NCBI GenBank assembly: GCA_964247055.1
Contig: OZ176058.1
Span: 248,001 to 312,000, forward strand
DNA length: 64,000 nucleotides
Direction of reading: 5' to 3'
DNA from: Paragordius varius
Taxonomy: Eukaryota > Animalia > Nematomorpha
Below the pieces are notes generated by a model, which was not told the origin of the DNA, searched no databases, and saw nothing but the letters and a program-made list of their open reading frames with translations. The translations under genes and the position numbers were made by a program. The stretch's first letter is position 1. Every line of letters begins with the position of its first letter. Shown in pieces: positions 13,129 through 25,982 of the stretch.

Positions 13129-15180
13129 ATCATTTTATTTAGTTCTATTTTTTTCTAATTTATAATATATCATTAATAAATGCATTTTTACACATTTTTT
13201 TCCCAGATACCGATTCCTTGGAAACAGCTGATACCGGCGAAGAAATGGCGGGCGCCAAAAAGCGACAAACCCGCGGCGGTCGAGGTATGAATACAGTCGC
13301 CAAAATGGCGACCGGCTCTAAATCATCGAAACAGCCGGCGAACGCGTCCGTTAAAGTTTTCACTGCACCTCGTGGAAAGAAAAAAGCTGTTACAGTTATA
13401 ACTGGTCTCGAGGATTTTGGGATTGATTTAAAGGTTAGACAAATTTGAAAAATTTTCTTTAAAAACAGCTGATTCGTTTGAAAAAAACGGTTGAAATCGC
13501 CATACTTACGCGAAAACATATGTTAAAAACAGATGTTTATAAGGTTATAAGCAGCTTTTGTTAAAGTTTTCACAGCACCTCGTGGAAAGAAAAAAGAAGG
13601 CTGTAACAGTTATAACTGGTCTAGAGGATTTTGGGATTGATATAAAGGTATAAATGACTGTATTTGAAAAATTTCGCGTTAAAAATAACTAAAACAGCTG
13701 ATTTGTTTGAAAAAAATGGAAACATACGAATATGTTAAAAACAGCTTTACAATGTTATAAGCAGTTTTATTTTAAGAATGGGTTTAACAGCTGCTTTTAT
13801 GACTTATAATGTCACATAATCAGGTGATTGTCATTTATTTTTTTTGACGATTTTATAATGATGGCGGATTAAGATGAAAACCACCCGTAAAATTGTCCGT
13901 TAAAGTTTTTATCGGTCCTTACGGAAATAAAATACAGTTATAACTGGTCTCTAAGATTTCGGATTTGATTTAAATCTACAAGCAAGATTTTTTGGAGTAA
14001 AATATAGATAAAAACAGCTGATTGTGCGAAAAAACGGTTTAAAACGGTTAGTATCTTTTGAGATTAAAATTTTGAGCGATAATTTGTAATTTTTTAGTTT
14101 TTAAAACAGCTGTTTTATAATAAGAAAATCGGGTAACAGTTGGTATGCTTATGACTGTTTTAAATTTTTTTTGACAAAAAATAAAATAATTTTAACTTTT
14201 AAATGGACGAAATAATGAAATTATATTTTGGAATTTTTCCAAAACTTTTTTGAATCTTCTAAAAGGTATTCATAATTTTTCATAATTTTCTAGAATTTTA
14301 AAATCCCGATTATATATCTGCGCGCACTAATATATAAAACGGTTTAATACATTTTTTTCAAAATAAATATTTGAAATATTCTATAATATATAAATTTTTA
14401 CAAATTTAAAAATTAGGATTTTTGATATATAAATATAATATATATATATATAAACCAATTACAATTTAAATTCACCCTAATATAAATAGAGTGTTTTTTA
14501 AGATTAAAAATTACCTATATTTTTTATATATTTTTAAAAAAATTGAATGCTATTTATAATTAAAATAATACTGAAAAAATAATAAACTATGCGCGCCATA
14601 AAGATATATTTTATATTGTTAATAATGAGTTGTTATATCAGTTTGAAAATACATAATATATTTTTAGGGTGAATTTGATTTGTTTAAGGGTGAATTTGAA
14701 TTGATAACGGTGAATTTAATTGTTCAAGGGTGAATTAGAATTTTTCAAGGAATTTTAACTGTTTAAGGGTGATTTTCAATCGTTCAAGCGTGAAATTGAA
14801 TTGCTTAAAGGTCAGTTTGAACTGTTAAAGGGTGAATTTGAATCGTTAAGCGCGAATTTGATTTGTTAAAGGGTGAATTTGAAATGTTTAAGGGTCAATG
14901 AACTGTAAATATATATAGCTATAATTAAAAAATTATAAATAATCATATATATTTTATTCTCCTTTTTTATTTTATAGCAATATCATATTTTTTTATTTAG
15001 ACAGCCAGTAAACTTTTTGCTACACGGTTCTCGTGTGGAGCATCTGTTACAGCTCCCAATGAAATTGTCATTCAGGGTGACGTTAAAGATGATGTCATTG
15101 ACCTGATTGGAGAAAGGTGGGGTGAAAACATACCCTCCCCTGCTGCTCAAATCAAAGATTTGGGCATTATGAAACGATAA
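10276..15180 (+). CDS. DENR: Density-regulated protein DENR/Tma22 (zinc-binding N-domain + SUI1 domain); 4 exons, 335 aa if exon 1 is used, 238 aa from ATG 12340
   Basis: KYPLTVLYCDICSMPVEYC..C..WL, KKRQTRGGRG, RGKKKAVTVITGL..FGIDLK, FSCGASVT..NEIVIQGDVKDD..DLG; all splice phases join in frame. Confidence 0.9.
12251..12649 (+). CDS. DENR: DENR exon 2 (contains canonical-looking start MAAPT at 12340 and the Cys-rich domain)
   Basis: Acceptor TTAACTTATCAG|CT, donor AAAG|GTTGTT; open frame throughout. Confidence 0.85.
12771..13099. mobile_element. MITE (family A-related TIR) in DENR intron 2
   Basis: ~50-bp inverted repeats: TATCATTTGCTCTTCAAGAGTGTCCTTGAACAGTTCAAGTTGGTCCTT versus AAGGACCAACTTGAAGTGTTTAAGGACACTCTTTAAGTGCAAATGGTA. 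Confidence 0.75.
13207..13433 (+). CDS. DENR: DENR exon 3
   Basis: TCCCAG|AT ... TTAAAG|GTTAGA; encodes KKRQTRGGRG..GKKKAVTVITGLEDFGIDLK. Confidence 0.92.
13558..14000 (+). repeat. Two intronic partial copies of the DENR exon 3 3' end
   Basis: 13560-13650 encodes VKVFTAPRGKKK..VTVITGLEDFGID and keeps a GT donor; 13895-13985 is a decayed copy. Confidence 0.85.
14455..14912. mobile_element. MITE family A, degenerate, with amplified 21-bp units in the right arm
   Basis: ACCAATTACAATTTAAATTCACCC left; multiple GGGTGAATTTGAA units ending AACTGTAAAT right. Confidence 0.65.
15001..15180 (+). CDS. DENR: DENR exon 4 (SUI1 C-terminus, stop TAA)
   Basis: TTTAG|ACA; TASKLFATRFSCGASVTAPNEIVIQGDVKDDVIDLIGERWGENIPSPAAQIKDLGIMKR*. 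Confidence 0.93.
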   Translation, partial: TASKLFATRFSCGASVTAPNEIVIQGDVKDDVIDLIGERWGENIPSPAAQIKDLGIMKR

Positions 15181-15290
15181 AAAATAAATTGTTTAAAATA
15201 TGTTACTTTTTTATGTTGGGTTTTTGTTACAGATCAGCTGATTTACTCGGAAAATTGAAAATATATACCAGATATTTAAGTTTATAGTAA

Positions 15291-15400
15291 TTGGAAAGAA
15301 GTGGGGTGAAAAATACCCTCCCCGGCGTTCAAATCAAAGATTTGGGCATTATGAAACGATAAATGAAAATAAATTTTGTTTAAAACATTTGTTATTGACT
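15291..15400 (+). repeat. Duplicate of the DENR last-exon end including stop codon and proximal 3' UTR
   Basis: GTGGGGTGAAAA..CCCTCCCC..CAAATCAAAGATTTGGGCATTATGAAACGATAAA repeats 15117-15185. Confidence 0.9.
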
Positions 15401-16025
15401 TTTTTATACTGGGTTTTTGGGTAAAACAGCTGATATTTTGTGACAAAAAATTGTAACTGCGTTTTTTACATGTCTGTAGATGTGAGGCAAAGATTTAAGA
15501 TTTTTAAATGATTTCAAATCACAATATATAAATAAAATAGTTAATTTATATATTAGCCTGATTAATATAGTAAAAGTTGAAATTTATGACATATAAAGAC
15601 AACCATATATTTTTTTCTAAAAGACAACTGCCCATATTTAAACCTTAATTTTTTTATATATATATATATAACTCATTGTTTTAAACTAAAAAGTAATATA
15701 TACAAATTTAATTGGTAACAAAATGAATTATTATGTATTTTACGATTGTAATTAAATGTTTTTTTATTGGATAAGGTTAAAAAAGTTTGGTTTCCATTTT
15801 AAAAAAATTTGTCTTTATATTATTTTTTTGTCCGTATAATTTTAATTTTAGCTGTAATATAATTTGATTGTTGTATAGCAATATTGTTTGATTGTTGAAA
15901 TTTATATAAACTGGATATAAACAATACAAAATTCACCACAATTTAAATTTTATCATAGGGCGATAAATATTTTCAAATTTTCTTTTTATAATAAAATTTT
16001 TTTAATTCATATAAACTTTAAAATA

Positions 16026-16203
16026 TACCATTTACAATTCTCAAATTCACCCTAAAAATAAATCATGTCAGGCTATTTAAAATTAATATAAAATATATTC
16101 TTATGGCATAGTTTTCTATTTCTATAATTTTAAACAAAATTTCATAAAGTTTTTTACATAAAAAACTCAATTTATTTTTAGGGTAACTTGAATGTAAATG
16201 GTA
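16026..16203. mobile_element. MITE family A (short copy)
   Basis: TA|TACCATTTACAATTC ... GAATGTAAATGGTA|TA. Confidence 0.7.
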
Positions 16204-16571
16204 TATTATTAAACAAAATACCAATTAACTTTGTTTTATCAATCCTTTAACACTTTCAAATGATATTAAATATTAACATTCCCAGCAATTAATATTAAAT
16301 TACATGAAATGAAAATATGGAAATAAAAATTATATTTATTCAAAATATCAATATATGGAAATGTATTGAAATAAGATTGGAATATTACGAAAAAAATGGT
16401 TGATGATGAATGTATTATGTGGTTTTATTCTAAAAATTGGCACATTTTAAAAAATAACCTGTTTTTAAATATAAAATCAGGTGATTGCGAATCGAATATA
16501 TACAAAGTATAATTATATTGTAGTTTCTAATCAAAAAATGAGATATTAGTTAAATATTATTTACATAAAAA

Positions 16572-16970
16572 CAGGTGATCGTGAATGAATGTATGACTAA
16601 TATGGTTTACATGATTATTTACAGTCAATCATTAATTGGATATAAAATCAGATGTAATTAACATTATAATCAGGTGATTGCAAACCATAAAGTTTTTTAA
16701 ATTTTATTTTATGTCAATAATTTGATTTTAGTAAAAATCAGCTGTTATTTACATAAAATCAGGTGATCGTAAATGAATGTATGACTAATATGGTTGACAT
16801 GATTATTTACAGTCAATCATTAATTGGATATAAAATCAGATGTAATTAACATTATAATCAGGTGATTGCGAACCATAAAGTTTTTTAAATTTTATTTTAT
16901 GTCAATAATTTGATTTTAGTAAAAAACAGCTTTTTTACATAAAATCAGGTGATCGTGAATGAATGTATGC
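16572..16970. repeat. ~187-bp tandem repeat (about 2.2 units) rich in AATCAGGTGAT
   Basis: CAGGTGATCGT(G/A)AATGAATGTATG at 16572, 16760 and 16946. Confidence 0.85.
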
Positions 16971-17501
16971 ATAAAATGGTTTGCATGATTTTTGTTACTA
17001 ACTAAAATGGGAATAGTTTGTGAAAGAATAAGTTTTGAACACAGCTGTTTACGTTTTATTGAATTACGTGTAATTTTATTATAATTTTTACCAAAAACTG
17101 GCACGTATCGAAAATAAAACTGTTTTAAAAGAATGAATAATATCAGATGATTGTGAACAGTTTTAATCATGAATGGCACTTTTTAATGTAAAATGATCTG
17201 TTTAAAGCAGTAAAAGACAGATGTTTGCCATGTGTTACATAAACATTTATTGGCACTTTTTAATCTTTTGTTTTATATAAAAATCAGGTGATGGGGAAAA
17301 TTTTACTTAATTTTAATATATAATCCTAAAATTGGCACACTCTTTTCAATAAAATTAATTCTTTTTCTCATGAACACATTGTTATTTAAAATCAAAATTG
17401 GCACTTATTTAGAAATTACTTTATCTTACTGTTTTTTACAGTTAAAATACAGGTGATCGCGAATGAATGTATGCATAATACAATGATTTTTATGATTATA
17501 T

Positions 17502-17532
<31 letters not shown>

Positions 17533-18649
17533 CATTAAAATATATGATTAGAATGGACAAAAGATATAAAAATAATAATATTTAAAAATTAATTTTTTAC
17601 AAAAAATTTAAAAAAAATATATATACAAAAAGTGCACTTTGTATTAAGGCAATTCTATATATTTAAATATAATCAAAATATCACTAAAATGACAAAAAAA
17701 TTGACTTTACAGTTATGTATAGTTTTGCGAGTTATGTGAGCACTTTAAAAGAGGATGTACACGGCACTTTATGGCCAAATGGGTGATTAATAAGGAGATA
17801 CTTGATGTTTAAAAGTATACACTACTGGTTGTGTAAAAAATTGGAATTATATGAAAGGACAAAACGTAAAAATATAAAGACAAAAATATAAAAAAATTAA
17901 TTAAAATAAAAATATAAATTATTTAACAATTAAAATAAAATAATTATAAAAATTATTTAAAAAATAATAAAACATAAATTATTTAATAAATTAAAATAAA
18001 AAATTTTAATAAAAATTTAAAAATATAATAAATTTAATTTAAAACAATAAAATAAAAAACTTATATATAAAAAAATATTAAATTTTTATAAAATAAATAT
18101 TTAAAAAATTGATTAAAAAATTAATATAAATAAAATAATAAAATATATTTTTTAAAAATAATAAAAAAATAAAATAAAATATAATTATGATTTAAAAAAA
18201 TATTATAAAAATAAAATAATTATTAAAATAAAAATAATAAAATATAAATTATTTAATTAATTAATAAAAAATAAAATAATTATAAAAAATTATTTGAAAA
18301 ATAAAATAAATTTTATTTAAAACAATAAAATAAATTACTTATAATTGAAGTAATTATAAAAAAATTAATTTTAAAAAAATAAAAAAAATATAAATTATTA
18401 ACGAATTAAAATAAAATATAAAATGCTTAAAAATGATATAAAATATTTTAAATAATTTAAAAATAAAAAAAATTATAATAATAAAATATTTATAATAATA
18501 ATATAAAAAAATTATAAAAATTAAATATAAATTATTTAACGAAATAAAATAAAATCATAAAATATAAATTATAAAAAAAATTATTAAAAATAAAATAAAA
18601 TAATTATAAAAAAATAAATTAAAAAAAAATTAAAAAATTAATTTCTATA

Positions 18650-18711
18650 TCAATCATCTTCCTTTTGTGGAACAGCCAGGAAAATTTTTTGCACGAAAAG
18701 CGTCAAATGTC
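18650..18711 (-). CDS. SLC7 exon 13 (stop TGA)
   Basis: TTAG|[21 protein letters not shown]. Confidence 0.9.
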
Positions 18712-21700
18712 CTAAATTATAAAAAAAATAAAAAAAATTAATTTAAAAAAAAATAATAAAATTTTTAATAAATATTAAAATTAAAAAAATTAAAAAAATA
18801 TAAAATAAAAATAATTAAAAATTTATTAAAAATATAAAAATAAATGAAAAAAATTAAAAATAATAAAAAAAATTTCAAGAAATAAATTTTTAAAAACACA
18901 TTTTTTATTTTCTCACATATTTTCTAAAACATTTTAAAATTTTATAAAAAAACTGTTTTTTAACAGCTGACTTTTACTTTAATTAATATATATTATGAAA
19001 AAAATCCTTTTTATTTAAAAAAACTTTTTTTCTCTTTAAACTATTTTTTTAATTTCAAACTTTTAATTCTTAAATATCTATAAATATTTTAAATTTTAAA
19101 TATTTTATATTTTTGATCAGTTTTAATAATTTTACCATATTATTATATTATTTTAAACTTTTTTATAATTTTTACAATTTTAATTTTAAAAATTATAAAT
19201 ATTTTTTTTCAAAAATATAGTTTTTATATAAATTATATATATTTTTAATTATTTAAAAAAATTTTATATTTTTTTCATTTCAAATTTTTTTATCTTTGAC
19301 TTGTTACAATTTATATTCTTTTAAATTTTAATTTTTTTCATTTAAATATTTTTATTATTTATTTCAAACATTTTTTTATATTTTTTTATTTTAATTTAAA
19401 ATAATTTGATTTTTTAATCTTTATTAATTTTTATAAACATTTCCAAACTTAAACTTAGTTTTATTATCTTTTAACTTTTTTTAAACCTTTTTTACAAGTT
19501 TTTTAAAAACTTTTAAAAAAATAAACTTTTTAACTTTTTTTCAACTTTCAAAAATCCTTACTTATGCAATGTCCCACACAATCAGGTTTATTTTTGAAAA
19601 TACAATTTTTTAAATATTTTTAAAAACATTAATTTTTTATAATATTATTTCAATTTTAAATTTTTTTTTATTTTTTTTAACTTTTTTATAGAAATCATTT
19701 ATTTTTCAAACTTTTTAAATATTTTTTTTATCTTTTAACTTTTTTTGAAATTTTAAATATTTTTTAATCAAACTTTTTTTAACTAAAATTATTAATTTTT
19801 ACTTTTTCAAAAACCTATTTAAAAAAAATATTTAAAATTAATTTTTAAAACTTTTTTAATTTTTTTTAAAAACTTTTTATAAAAAAATTTAAAATTTTTT
19901 TTATAAAAAATAAATTAATAATTTGATTATTTTAAATTGATTAAAAAAATTTTTTTTCAAAAAAATAAATTTTTACTTATGCAATGGCCAACACAATCAG
20001 GTTTATTTTTTAAAATACAATTTTTATTTTTTAAAAAATAAATTTAATATTTTATAATATTATTTCAATTTTAAACTTTTTTTTATTTTTTTTAACTTTT
20101 TTATAAAAAATCAATTTTTATTAAAACTTGATTTATAGATTATGAATTTTTTTTTAAATTTTTTTAAACTTCAAAAATAAATTTTTTAAATAATTTAGTT
20201 ATTTAAATATTTTTTTTAAATAAACTTTTTATAAAAAAATTTAAATATTTTTTTTAAAAAAAAATAAAAATTCTTACTTATACAATGTCCCACACAATCA
20301 GGTTTATTTTTCCATAAAATACCCAATGCATAAACCGGGATTCCCAATAACATAATTCCCAACCCGATTCCACAATCGATGGGCGAAGAATAAAGAGGGA
20401 GTATTAATAAAAATACGCAAATAGCCAGAAAGAATATGGGTAGAGCTAGATTGTTCTAGAAAAGTTAAGAAAAAATAAAAAAATAGTTTAAAAAGTTTGA
20501 AATTTTTTAGGTTTTAAAAACTTTTTAAAGTTTAAAAAAATAAAAAAACAGATTTGTGGGTTAAAATATGATAATTGTAAAATTAATTTAAATCTTTTGT
20601 AAAAATAAAATTTATATAAAATTTTCATATAAATATATTTAAAATTTAAAAAAATTAATAAAAAAAATATCTAAATTTTTATTTTTTAAGAAACAATCGA
20701 TGGGCGAAGAATAAAGGGGGAGTATTAATGAAAACACTAAGTTATTCTAAATAGAAAAAAATAAAGTTTGAAAAAGTTTAAAATTTTTAAAAAATATAAT
20801 TATTTTTAAATTTAAAAAATAAAATTTTCAAAAAAATTAATAATAAAACAATATTTTATTTTTTATAAACAATCGATGGGCGAAGAGTATATAGAGGGAG
20901 TATTAATAAAAACACGCAAATGTCCAGAAATAAGATGGGTAATGTTAGATTGTTCTAGAAAAATATTTTTTTACGAAAAAAAATATTAAAAAATAAATAT
21001 GGTAATAATTTTAAAAAGTTATAATTTTTTTAAAAAACATTTTTTTTAATAATTTTTTATAATATATAAAAAAATTTAGATTTTTACGCGTAAAATTTAT
21101 TATAATTTTTTCTTAAAAACTTTTTTTTGTAATTTTTAAAAATGTAAAAAATATAGATGAGTTTAAAAAGTTTTTAAAAAAATAACCAATTTTTCGAATT
21201 TTATAAAAAATAGAGAAGAAAAATAAGATTTTTACGGTAAAATTCAATAATAATTTTTTGTCCAAAAAAATACTGTTAATTTAATTTTTTTCCAAATATA
21301 AAAAATAATAAAGATTTAAATTATTTTTAATTTTAAAAATATTTATATTTTTTTCAAAAAAATAAATTAATTATTTTTAATATTAAAAAAGTTTATTTTT
21401 TTCAGTCAATCTAAAAAATAATTTTTTTAGTCAAAAAACTAAAATTATTTTTATTTTTAATAAAAATATTTTTTTAGTCAAAACTCTAAAATATTATTGA
21501 AATAATTTATATATATTTTCAAAAATATTTCCAATTTTTTATATATAAAAAATATTTTTTAAAAAATATTAAAATATTTAAAAAAATCCTAAAAATATAA
21601 ATTTTTGTATTAATTTAATTTTAAATTATTTCTAAAAAAAAATAATAACTTTTATAGGAAAATCTTAAATATTATTAAAAATATCAAAATAATCATAAAA

Positions 21701-24700
21701 AAATATGCTAAAAACATTTTATAAAAATTAAAATATCAAAAAAATCCTAAAAATATAAATAATTTAATTTTATATATTCTAAAAATATATAATTTTTATT
21801 TAAAAAAAAAATTAAAATAATTACTTTTATAGGGCGATACATATTTTTCCGCGTAAATCTGAGGTATAAAAGCGCCGCCACTGAAAGAGTTATAAAGGAT
21901 GATTCCACAAAACTCGTATAATTAATCAGGGCAAGAATGTTTGTAGAAACGCACATAAGAGCGGATAGAGCACCCTATTTTATAGATAGTTACATAAATA
22001 TCATAGATAGTTACATTAATTTTTTACATAATTACATAGATAGGCACATTAATATCATAGATAGTTACATAAGAGCAGCTGTTAATAGATATTTTCATAA
22101 ATATCATAGATATGCACATTAACTTTATTGATAGATACATAAAACTCCAAAAAACCCAATGATTTTTATGAAAAACAGCTGTTCATAGATAGTTACATTA
22201 AATTTATAGATAGTTACATTAATTCTTAAAACAAAACTCTCGTATAATTAATCAGGGCAAGAATGTTTGTAGAAACGCACATAAGAGCGGATAGAGCACC
22301 CTATTTTATAGATAGTTACATAAATATCATAGATAGTTACATTAATTTTTTACATAATTACATAGATAGGCACATTAATATCATAGATAGTTACATAAGA
22401 GCAGCTGTTAATAGATATTTTCATAAATATCATAGATATGCACATTAACTTTATTGATAGATACATAAAACTCCAAAAAACCCAATGATTTTTATGAAAA
22501 ACAGCTGTTCATAGATAGTTACATTAAATTTATAGATAGTTACATTAATTCTTAAAACAAAACTCTCGTATAATTAATCAGGGCAAGAATGTTTGTAGAA
22601 ACGCACATAAGAGCAGATAAAGCACCCTAATATATCATAGATAGTTACATAAATATCATAGATATGCACATAAAATTTAAAAATAGTTACATCAAAAACA
22701 GCTGTTTTTCATAGATAATTACATAGATAGTTCCTAAAAGTAGTATTTTATAGATGTATAATATAATTCATAGATGCGCACATTAATTTTATAGATAGTT
22801 ACATAAATTATAGATAGTTACATTAATTTATAGATAGTTACATAGATCTCATAGATAATTACATAGATATCTCCTAAAAGTAGTATTTTATAGATGTAAA
22901 CATAATTTATAGATGCGCACATTAATTTTATAGTTACATAAAATCAGCTGTTTTTCATAGTTTAAAATAAAATCAAAAATTTTAGATACTCACATAAATC
23001 TTCATAGATATTCACATAAAAACAGCTGTTTCTTATAGATAATCACACAAATGTTTATAGATACTTACAGTAAATATTAATGAGGGGATAGGACTGTACT
23101 TTGTTGTACTAATCATGGCCAGGAATCCTGGCAAATGGCCTTCACGAGCCCCCACAAAAAATAATCTAAAAAAATAAATTAAAAAAAATTTTAAAATTTT
23201 TAAATTTTAAATTTTTTTTTAATTATTTAAAATATTTAATAAAATTAAATAATAAATAATAAGAGAATATAAAAAAATCACAAAATAAAAAAAATAATAA
23301 TCTAAATTTTTTTTTCAATTTTAAAAATAAAAATTATATATAAAATAAAATATTTTTTTTTATTATTTAAATATATTAAATTATTATTATAAAAAATATT
23401 TTTTACAATTTAAACAATGGTAAATGGCCTTCACGGGCCCCCACAAAAAATAATCTAAAAAAAATAAAATTAAAAAAAAAAATTATTTTAAAAAAAAATT
23501 TTAAAAAATTTTTTTAATTTATTTAAAATATTTAATAAAATTAAACAATTATAAATTTTAAAATTTTTTAATTTAAAAATTTTTTAAACAATATCATAGT
23601 TTTTAAAATATTTTAGAGTATTTTAAAAATTTTCTATTAACAATTTTATTTAGGAATTTTTAACTTCAATTTTTTTATATATTTGAATTAAAAGTAAAAA
23701 AATTTAAAAAAATTAAAAAATCAAAATCTTTAATAAAAACTTTAAGATTTATGATCTAGAAAAAATATAAATTATGTATATATTTTTTATAAAAAAAGCT
23801 AAATTATTTTTAAAAAAATTGAATTTTTTTTAAAAAAAATTAAAATATTTTATCAAATCTTCATCCTTTTAAATTAATTTTAAAATTTTAAATAAACTTA
23901 TTATTTTTTAAATAATTTATTTAAAAAATTTTACAATATTTAATTTTTTTAATATTTTTAAAATATTAAAAAAAATTAAAAAATCAAATTTTTTGAAAAC
24001 CTCGAAGAAGCAAAAATTCCGCCATTCCCACCATTTTTTTTATATTTTTTACATTTTTATTGTTAACTATTTAAATTTATATTTTATTAAAAAATGTTAT
24101 TATTTTTTAAAAAATATAATATATCTATAAAAAAAAGAATAAAATATTTTTTTATTATTTAAATATATTAAAATTTTTTTCAAAAAAACTGAAATAAAAC
24201 CTTGAAGAAGGAAAAATACCGCCATTCAGCTCGCCAAAAGTTGATGCTGCCACGAAAATATTTTTATTTTTTTTTATTTTCTATAATATATATTTTTTAC
24301 AATTTCATTTTTTTTGAAATTTAATTTAATTATAATTTTAATTTAATTTTATTTCTTTGATAATTTTTTAATAAAAATAAATATAATTTTTTCAAAAAAT
24401 TTTAATATTTATAACAAAATATAATTTTAAATTAATTTTATTTCTTTTACAATATCTATTAAATTTAATTTATTTTTTTAATTAAAAAATTTTAAAAATT
24501 TTTTTTAAAAAAATTAAAAAAAAACCTTGAAGAAGCAAAAATACCGCCATTCAGCCCGCCATTTTTTTAATATTTTTTAATTTTTATAAATTTTACATGT
24601 TCTTTTAAATTTTATATTTTTTTAAATAAATTTTTTAATTTAATAATTTTTTTATTTTTATAAAATATATTTTTTAAAAGAATTTAATTTTTTTAAAAAT

Positions 24701-25816
24701 ATTTTTTTTAATTTTCTACCTTGAAGAAGCAAAAATGCCTCCATTCAGCCCGCCATTTTTTTCAATATTTTTTTGATAATTATATATTATTTGTATTTTT
24801 AACTAATAATTTCTTATATAAATATATATATCTATAATTTTAATGTTGTTTATTTAATTAAATATTTTTAATTTAATTAAATATTTTTAACTATTTAAGT
24901 TAATTTTTTTATAAAAATTAAAAATTAATTTTTTCAAAAAATTAATTTTTTAATAAAAACCTCGAAGAAGCAAAAATGCCTCCATTCAGCCCGCCATTTT
25001 TTTCAATATTTTTTTGATAATTATATATTATTTGTATTTTTAACTAATAATTTCTTATATAAATATATATATCTATAATTTTAATGTTGTTTATTTAATT
25101 AAATATTTTTAATTTAATTAAATATTTTTAACTATTTAAGTTAATTTTTTTATAAAAATTAAAAATTAATTTTTTCAAAAAATTAATTTTTTAATAAAAA
25201 CCTCGAAGAAGCAAAAATTCCACCATTCAGCCCGCCAAAAGTCGATGCTGCCACGAAAATTGGCATAATCCAAGAAAAACGCCCCAGCGTTTTTTCAGCA
25301 AAAGTCTAAAAATTTAAAATAAAATTAAAAAAAATAATTTTTAAAATAATAAATTTTTTAAAAATAAAATATATATATATATGTTTAAATTTATATTTAT
25401 TAATATTATAATAATAAAAAAAAATTTTTTTAAAATTATATTTTATATTTTTTTAAATATAAAATTAAATTTTAAAATAAAATTTTTTTTAAAAAATAAA
25501 AAAATAAAATTTATAAAATATTAAAATTAAATTTTGTTAAATATTAAAAATAAATTTTTTAATAAATATTAAATAATAAAAAAAATTTTTTTTTAAAAAA
25601 AATAAAATATTTAAAAAAAAAAATAATTTTAAATTATGGAATAAAATTTTAATTATTGAAAATATTTTAAAAATAAAATATATATATAACATATATATAT
25701 GATATATATTTATTAAACGTTTATTAAATATTAATTAATAAAAAATTATAGAATAAAATTTTAAATTTTATAAAATAAATTATTTTTAAAATAAAAAAAT
25801 AATTTATAATAAAATT

Positions 25817-25861
<45 letters not shown>

Positions 25862-25942
25862 TTTTATAAATAAAATATATATATATGTATTTTATACATG
25901 AAAAAAGATTAATAATTTTTTAATTTTTGTAAATTTAAAAAA

Positions 25943-25982
<40 letters not shown>

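Noticed and set aside
13160-13519. 119-aa minus-strand ORF
   Set aside because: Antisense shadow of the GC-rich DENR exon 3.
16916-17179. 87-aa minus-strand ORF, and similar AT-rich ORFs at 2073, 7601, 52238 and 57042
   Set aside because: F/I/K/L/N/Y-biased translations of repeats or MITEs with no family motifs.
21937-22448. Identical 61-aa ORFs on +
   Set aside because: Antisense to SLC7 exon 11 and its copy, extended through the minisatellite.
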